A DNA stretch of 64,000 nt from assembly GCA_043228905.1 (NCBI GenBank), contig JBHGNT010000028.1, positions 186,001-250,000 of the forward strand, in the 5' to 3' direction. A program made the position numbers and the translations under genes. Source of the stretch: Azolla caroliniana. Taxonomy: Eukaryota; Plantae; Polypodiophyta. The notes beneath the pieces were generated by a model. The model searched no databases and was not told the DNA's origin. It was given only the letters and a program-made list of their open reading frames with translations. Positions 57,201 to 64,000 of this stretch are shown here, one piece after another (the stretch's first letter is position 1; the number at the start of each line of letters is the position of its first letter).

Positions 57201-60200
57201 CTCAAATTTGGGAATTTCGTCATGTCTCTCGACCTGAGTTTCAAAATCTTGATTTTTTAATTCCATATCGTAGCTAGCGTTGTTAGCTTCGATTCGCATG
57301 TTTGAACACAAAAATCCGATATCACACTCGCCAGTTATGAACATTTTAATTTACCTAGTAGCTCTTCCCAACTCCCTCCTAATGTTGCTAATTTCGTCAT
57401 GTCTCTCGACCTGAGTTTCAAAATCTTGATTTTTTAATTGCATATCATAGCTAGCGTTGTTAGCTTCGATTCGCATGTTTGAACACAAAAATCCGATATC
57501 ACACTCGCCAGATATGAACATTTTAATTTACCTACTAGCTCTTCCCAACTCACTCCTCAAATTTGGGAATTTCGTCATGTCTCTCGACCTGAGTTTCAAA
57601 ATCTTGATTTTTTAATTCGAGATCATAGCTAGCATTGTTAGCTTCGATTCGCATGTTTGAACACAAAAATCCGATATCACACTCGCCAGATATGAACATT
57701 TTAATTTACCTACTAGCTCTTCCCAACTCACTCCTCAAATTTGGGAATTTCGTCATGTCTCTCGACCTGAGTTTCAAAATCTTGATTTTTTAATTCCATA
57801 TCGTAGCTAGCGTTGTTAGCTTCGATTCACATGTTTGAACACAAAAATCCGATATCACACGAGCCAGGTATGATCATTTTAATTTATTCAAGGGCTCTTC
57901 TCAACTCCCTCGTCAAGGTTGCTAATTTCTTCATGTCTCTCGACCTGAGTTTCAAAATCTTGATTTTTTAATTCGAGATCATAGCTAGCATTGTTAGCTT
58001 CAATTCGCATGTTTGAACACAAAAATCCGATATCACACTCGCCAGATATGAACATTTTAATTTACCTACTAGCTCTTCCCAACTCACTCCTCAAATTTGC
58101 TAATTTCGTCATGTCTCTCGACATGAGTTTCAAAATCTTGATTTTTTAATTCCATATCATAGCTAGCGTTGTTAGCTTCGATTCGCATGTTTGAACACAA
58201 AAATCCGATATCACACTCGCCAGTTATGAACATTTTAATTTACCTAGTAGCTCTTCCCAACTCCCTCCTAATGTTGCTAATTTCGTCATGTCTCTCGACC
58301 TGAGTTTCAAAATCTTGATTTTTTAATTGCATATCATAGCTAGCGTTGTTAGCTTCGATTCGCATGTTTGAACACAAAAATCCGATATCACACTCGCCAG
58401 ATATGAACATTTTAATTTACCTACTAGCTCTTCCCAACTCACTCCTCAAATTTGGGAATTTCGTCATGTCTCTCGACCTGAGTTTCAAAATCTTGATTTT
58501 TTAATTCCATATCGTAGCTAGCGTTGTTAGCTTCGATTCGCATGTTTGAACACAAAAATCCGATATCACACTCGCCAGTTATGAACATTTTAATTTACCT
58601 AGTAGCTCTTCCCAACTCCCTCCTAATGTTGCTAATTTCGTCATGTCTCTCGACCTGAGTTTCAAAATCTTGATTTTTTAATTCCATATCATAGCTAGCG
58701 TTGTTAGCTTCGATTCGCATGTTTGAACACAAAAATCCGATATCACACTCGCCAGATATGAACATTTTAATTTACCTACTAGCTCTTCCCAACTCACTCC
58801 TCAAATTTGGGAATTTCGTCATGTCTCTCGACCTGAGTTTCAAAATCTTGATTTTTTAATTCCATATCGTAGCTAGCGTTGTTAGCTTCGATTCACATGT
58901 TTGAACACAAAAATCCGATATCACACGAGCCAGGTATGATCATTTTAATTTATTCAAGGGCTCTTCTCAACTCCCTCGTCAAGGTTGCTAATTTCTTCAT
59001 GTCTCTCGACCTGAGTTTCAAAATCTTGATTTTTTAATTCGAGATCATAGCTAGCATTGTTAGCTTCGATTCGCATGTTTGAACACAAAAATCCGATATC
59101 ACACTCGCCAGATATGAACATTTTAATTTACCTACTAGCTCTTCCCAACTCACTCCTCAAATTTGCTAATTTCGTCATGTCTCTCGACATGAGTTTCAAA
59201 ATCTTGATTTTTTAATTCCATATCATAGCTAGCGTTGTTAGCTTCGATTCGCATGTTTGAACACAAAAATCCGATATCACACTCGCCAGTTATGAACATT
59301 TTAATTTACCTAGTAGCTCTTCCCAACTCCCTCCTAATGTTGCTAATTTCGTCATGTCTCTCGACCTGAGTTTCAAAATCTTGATTTTTTAATTGCATAT
59401 CATAGCTAGCGTTGTTAGCTTCGATTCGCATGTTTGAACACAAAAATCCGATATCACACTCGCCAGATATGAACATTTTAATTTACCTACTAGCTCTTCC
59501 CAACTCACTCCTCAAATTTGGGAATTTCGTCATGTCTCTCGACCTGAGTTTCAAAATCTTGATTTTTTAATTCCATATCGTAGCTAGCGTTGTTAGCTTC
59601 GATTCGCATGTTTGAACACAAAAATCCGATATCACACTCGCCAGTTATGAACATTTTAATTTACCTAGTAGCTCTTCCCAACTCCCTCCTAATGTTGCTA
59701 ATTTCGTCATGTCTCTCGACCTGAGTTTCAAAATCTTGATTTTTTAATTGCATATCATAGCTAGCGTTGTTAGCTTCGATTCGCATGTTTGAACACAAAA
59801 ATCCGATATCACACTCGCCAGATATGAACATTTTAATTTACCTACTAGCTCTTCCCAACTCACTCCTCAAATTTGGGAATTTCGTCATGTCTCTCGACCT
59901 GAGTTTCAAAATCTTGATTTTTTAATTCGAGATCATAGCTAGCATTGTTAGCTTCGATTCGCATGTTTGAACACAAAAATCCGATATCACACTCGCCAGA
60001 TATGAACATTTTAATTTACCTACTAGCTCTTCCCAACTCACTCCTCAAATTTGCTAATTTCGTCATGTCTCTCGACATGAGTTTCAAAATCTTGATTTTT
60101 TAATTCCATATCATAGCTAGCGTTGTTAGCTTCGATTCGCATGTTTGAACACAAAAATCCGATATCACACTCGCTAGTTATGAACATTTTAATTTACCTA

Positions 60201-63200
60201 GTAGCTCTTCCCAACTCCCTCCTAATGTTGCTAATTTCGTCATGTCTCTCGACCTGAGTTTCAAAATCTTGATTTTTTAATTGCATATCATAGCTAGCGT
60301 TGTTAGCTTCGATTCGCATGTTTGAACACAAAAATCCGATATCACACGAGCCAGATATGAACATTTTAATTTACCTACTAGCTCTTCCCAACTCACTCCT
60401 CAAATTTGGGAATTTCGTCATGTCTCTCGACCTGAGTTTCAAAATCTTGATTTTTTAATTCGAGATCATAGCTAGCATTGTTAGCTTCGATTCGCATGTT
60501 TGAACACAAAAATCCGATATCACACTCGCCAGATATGAACATTTTAATTTACCTACTAGCTCTTCCCAACTCACTCCTCAAATTTGCTAATTTCGTCATG
60601 TCTCTCGACATGAGTTTCAAAATCTTGATTTTTTAATTCCATATCATAGCTAGCGTTGTTAGCTTCGATTCGCATGTTTGAACACAAAAATCCGATATCA
60701 CACTCGCTAGTTATGATCATTTTAATTTACCTACTAGCTCTTCCCAACTCCCTCCTCATGTTGCTAATTTTGTCATGTCTCTCGACCTGAGTTTCAAAAT
60801 CTTGATTTTTTAATTCCATATCCTAGCTAGCGTTGTTAGCTTCGATTCGCATGTTTGAACACAAAAATCCGATATCCCACTCGCCAGATATGAATATTTT
60901 AATTTACCTACTAGCTCTTCCCAACTCACTCCTCAAATTTGGGAATTTCGTCATGTCTCTCGACCTGAGTTTCAAAATCTTGATTTTTTAATTCCATATC
61001 GTAGCTAGCGTTGTTAGCTTCGATTCACATGTTTGAACACAAAAATCCGATATCACACGAGCCAGGTATGATCATTTTAATTTACTCAAGGGCTCTTCTC
61101 AACTCCCTCGTCAAGGTTGCTAATTTCTTCATGTCTCTCGACCTGAGTTTCAAAATCTTGATTTTTTAATTCCATATCATAGCTAGCGTTGTTAGCTTCG
61201 ATTCGCATGTTTGAACCCAAAAATCCGATATCACACTCGCTAGTTATGAACATTTTAATTTACCTACTAGCTCTTCCCAACTCCCTCCTCATGTTGCTAA
61301 TTTTGTCATGTCTCTCGACCTGAGTTTCAAAATCTTGATTTTTTAATTCCATATCCTAGCTAGCGTTGTTAGCTTCGATTCGCATGTTTGAACACAAAAA
61401 TCCGATATCACACGAGCCAGGTATGAACATTTTAATTTACCTAGTAGCTCTTCCCAACTCCCTCCTAATGTTGCTAATTTCGTCATGTCTCTCGACCTGA
61501 GTTTCAAAATCTTGATTTTTTAATTGCATATCATAGCTAGCGTTGTTAGCTTCGATTCGCATGTTTGAACACAAAAATCCGATATCACACTCGCCAGATA
61601 TGAACATTTTAATTTACCTACTAGCTCTTCCCAACTCACTCCTCAAATTTGGGAATTTCGTCATGTCTCTCGACCTGAGTTTCAAAATCTTGATTTTTTA
61701 ATACCATATCGTAGCTAGCGTTGTTAGCTTCGATTCACATGTTTGAACACAAAAATCCGATATCACACGAGCCAGGTATGATCATTTTAATTTATTCAAG
61801 GGCTCTTCTCAACTCCCTCGTCAAGGTTGCTAATTTCTTCATGTCTCTCGACCTGAGTTTGAAAATCTTGATTTTTTAATTCGAGATCATAGCTAGCATT
61901 GTTAGCTTCAATTCGCATGTTTGAACACAAAAATCCGATATCACACTCGCCAGATATGAACATTTTAATTTACCTACTAGCTCTTCCCAACTCACTCCTC
62001 AAATTTGCTAATTTCGTCATGTCTCTCGACATGAGTTTCAAAATCTTGATTTTTTAATTCCATATCATAGCTAGCGTTGTTAGCTTCGATTCGCATGTTT
62101 GAACACAAAAATCCGATATCACACTCGCCAGTTATGAACATTTTAATTTACCTAGTAGCTCTTCCCAACTCCCTCCTAATGTTGCTAATTTCGTCATGTC
62201 TCTCGACCTGAGTTTCAAAATCTTGATTTTTTAATTGCATATCATAGCTAGCGTTGTTAGCTTCGATTCGCATGTTTGAACACAAAAATCCGATATCACA
62301 CTCGCCAGATATGAACATTTTAATTTACCTACTAGCTCTTCCCAACTCACTCCTCAAATTTGGGAATTTCGTCATGTCTCTCGACCTGAGTTTCAAAATC
62401 TTGATTTTTTAATTCCATATCGTAGCTAGCGTTGTTAGCTTCGATTCGCATGTTTGAACACAAAAATCCGATATCACACTCGCCAGTTATGAACATTTTA
62501 ATTTACCTAGTAGCTCTTCCCAACTCCCTCCTAATGTTGCTAATTTCGTCATGTCTCTCGACCTGAGTTTCAAAATCTTGATTTTTTAATTGCATATCAT
62601 AGCTAGCGTTGTTAGCTTCGATTCGCATGTTTGAACACAAAAATCCGATATCACACTCGCCAGATATGAACATTTTAATTTACCTACTAGCTCTTCCCAA
62701 CTCACTCCTCAAATTTGGGAATTTCGTCATGTCTCTCGACCTGAGTTTCAAAATCTTGATTTTTTAATTCGAGATCATAGCTAGCATTGTTAGCTTCGAT
62801 TCGCATGTTTGAACACAAAAATCCGATATCACACTCGCCAGATATGAACATTTTAATTTACCTACTAGCTCTTCCCAACTCACTCCTCAAATTTGGGAAT
62901 TTCGTCATGTCTCTCGACCTGAGTTTCAAAATCTTGATTTTTTAATTCCATATCGTAGCTAGCGTTGTTAGCTTCGATTCACATGTTTGAACACAAAAAT
63001 CCGATATCACACGAGCCAGGTATGATCATTTTAATTTATTCAAGGGCTCTTCTCAACTCCCTCGTCAAGGTTGCTAATTTCTTCATGTCTCTCGACCTGA
63101 GTTTCAAAATCTTGATTTTTTAATTCGAGATCATAGCTAGCATTGTTAGCTTCAATTCGCATGTTTGAACACAAAAATCCGATATCACACTCGCCAGATA

Positions 63201-64000
63201 TGAACATTTTAATTTACCTACTAGCTCTTCCCAACTCACTCCTCAAATTTGCTAATTTCGTCATGTCTCTCGACATGAGTTTCAAAATCTTGATTTTTTA
63301 ATTCCATATCATAGCTAGCGTTGTTAGCTTCGATTCGCATGTTTGAACACAAAAATCCGATATCACACTCGCCAGTTATGAACATTTTAATTTACCTAGT
63401 AGCTCTTCCCAACTCCCTCCTAATGTTGCTAATTTCGTCATGTCTCTCGACCTGAGTTTCAAAATCTTGATTTTTTAATTGCATATCATAGCTAGCGTTG
63501 TTAGCTTCGATTCGCATGTTTGAACACAAAAATCCGATATCACACTCGCCAGATATGAACATTTTAATTTACCTACTAGCTCTTCCCAACTCACTCCTCA
63601 AATTTGGGAATTTCGTCATGTCTCTCGACCTGAGTTTCAAAATCTTGATTTTTTAATTCCATATCGTAGCTAGCGTTGTTAGCTTCGATTCGCATGTTTG
63701 AACACAAAAATCCGATATCACACTCGCCAGTTATGAACATTTTAATTTACCTAGTAGCTCTTCCCAACTCCCTCCTAATGTTGCTAATTTCGTCATGTCT
63801 CTCGACCTGAGTTTCAAAATCTTGATTTTTTAATTCCATATCATAGCTAGCGTTGTTAGCTTCGATTCGCATGTTTGAACACAAAAATCCGATATCACAC
63901 TCGCCAGATATGAACATTTTAATTTACCTACTAGCTCTTCCCAACTCACTCCTCAAATTTGGGAATTTCGTCATGTCTCTCGACCTCAGTTTCAAAATCT
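18228..64000. repeat. Homogeneous HOR domain: variable-length D-A-(B-C)n-[C] higher-order repeats
   Basis: D monomers start at 18228, 19472, 20893, 22314, 23380, 24446, 25690, 26934, 28178 and onward to 63004. Spacings are 356, 711, 888, 1066, 1244, 1421, 1955 and 2132 bp, i.e. 2, 4, 5, 6, 7, 8, 11 and 12 monomers. Confidence 0.88.
48431..57851. repeat. Three copies of a 13-monomer (2311 bp) HOR unit
   Basis: The D-spacing pattern 4,2,7 occurs at 48431-50741, 52519-54829 and 55541-57851. Each copy has gtttgaaaa in the first D and an A monomer with a ccatatcgta tail. Confidence 0.85.

Larger units (their letters stand above)
1..64000. repeat. Tandem satellite DNA array, 177-178 bp monomer (~360 copies), single orientation; putative centromeric/heterochromatic satellite
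   Basis: The anchor ...aaaaatccg|atatcacac recurs at 1, 179, 357, 535, 713, 890, 1068 and so on (steps of 178, or 177 for B-type monomers) to the end of the window. No unique sequence interrupts it. The centromeric role is inferred only from monomer length and HOR organisation. Confidence 0.98.

Noticed and set aside
1-64000. CRISPR array or variable-cassette system (constant plus variable segments)
   Set aside because: The variable segments are homologous alleles of a few classes, not unique spacers. The period of 178 bp is too long, and there are no cas, recombinase or reverse transcriptase genes.
1-64000. Strand inversions or transposon insertions in the array
   Set aside because: All monomers read in the same orientation, and no non-satellite sequence, LTR, TIR or target-site duplication was seen.

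Overview
The whole 64 kb is one head-to-tail, single-orientation tandem satellite array of about 360 AT-rich monomers of 177-178 bp. I found no genes, RNA genes, transposons or CRISPR array, and both ORFs are chance read-throughs of the repeat. It resembles a eukaryotic, probably plant, centromeric or heterochromatic satellite, but I cannot name the family. Monomer classes: A (aaatttgcta...gacatga), B (gccagttatg...cctagtag...ccctcctaatg, 177 bp), B' (ccctcctcatg...ttttgtc, 177 bp), C (aaatttgggaa), D (cacgagccaggtatgatc...caagggctc) and E (actccagggttcc). These build higher-order repeats (HORs). A more diverged domain at ~1-8 kb (D1/E monomers) passes through a transitional zone (~8-18 kb) into a very homogeneous domain (~18-64 kb) with variable-length D-A-(B-C)n-[C] HORs and nested multi-kb duplications. 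The most notable details are a repair-like scar with patchwork filler at ~16.8 kb, and class-defining variants that repeatedly perfect or invert short palindromes. All positions were counted by eye.
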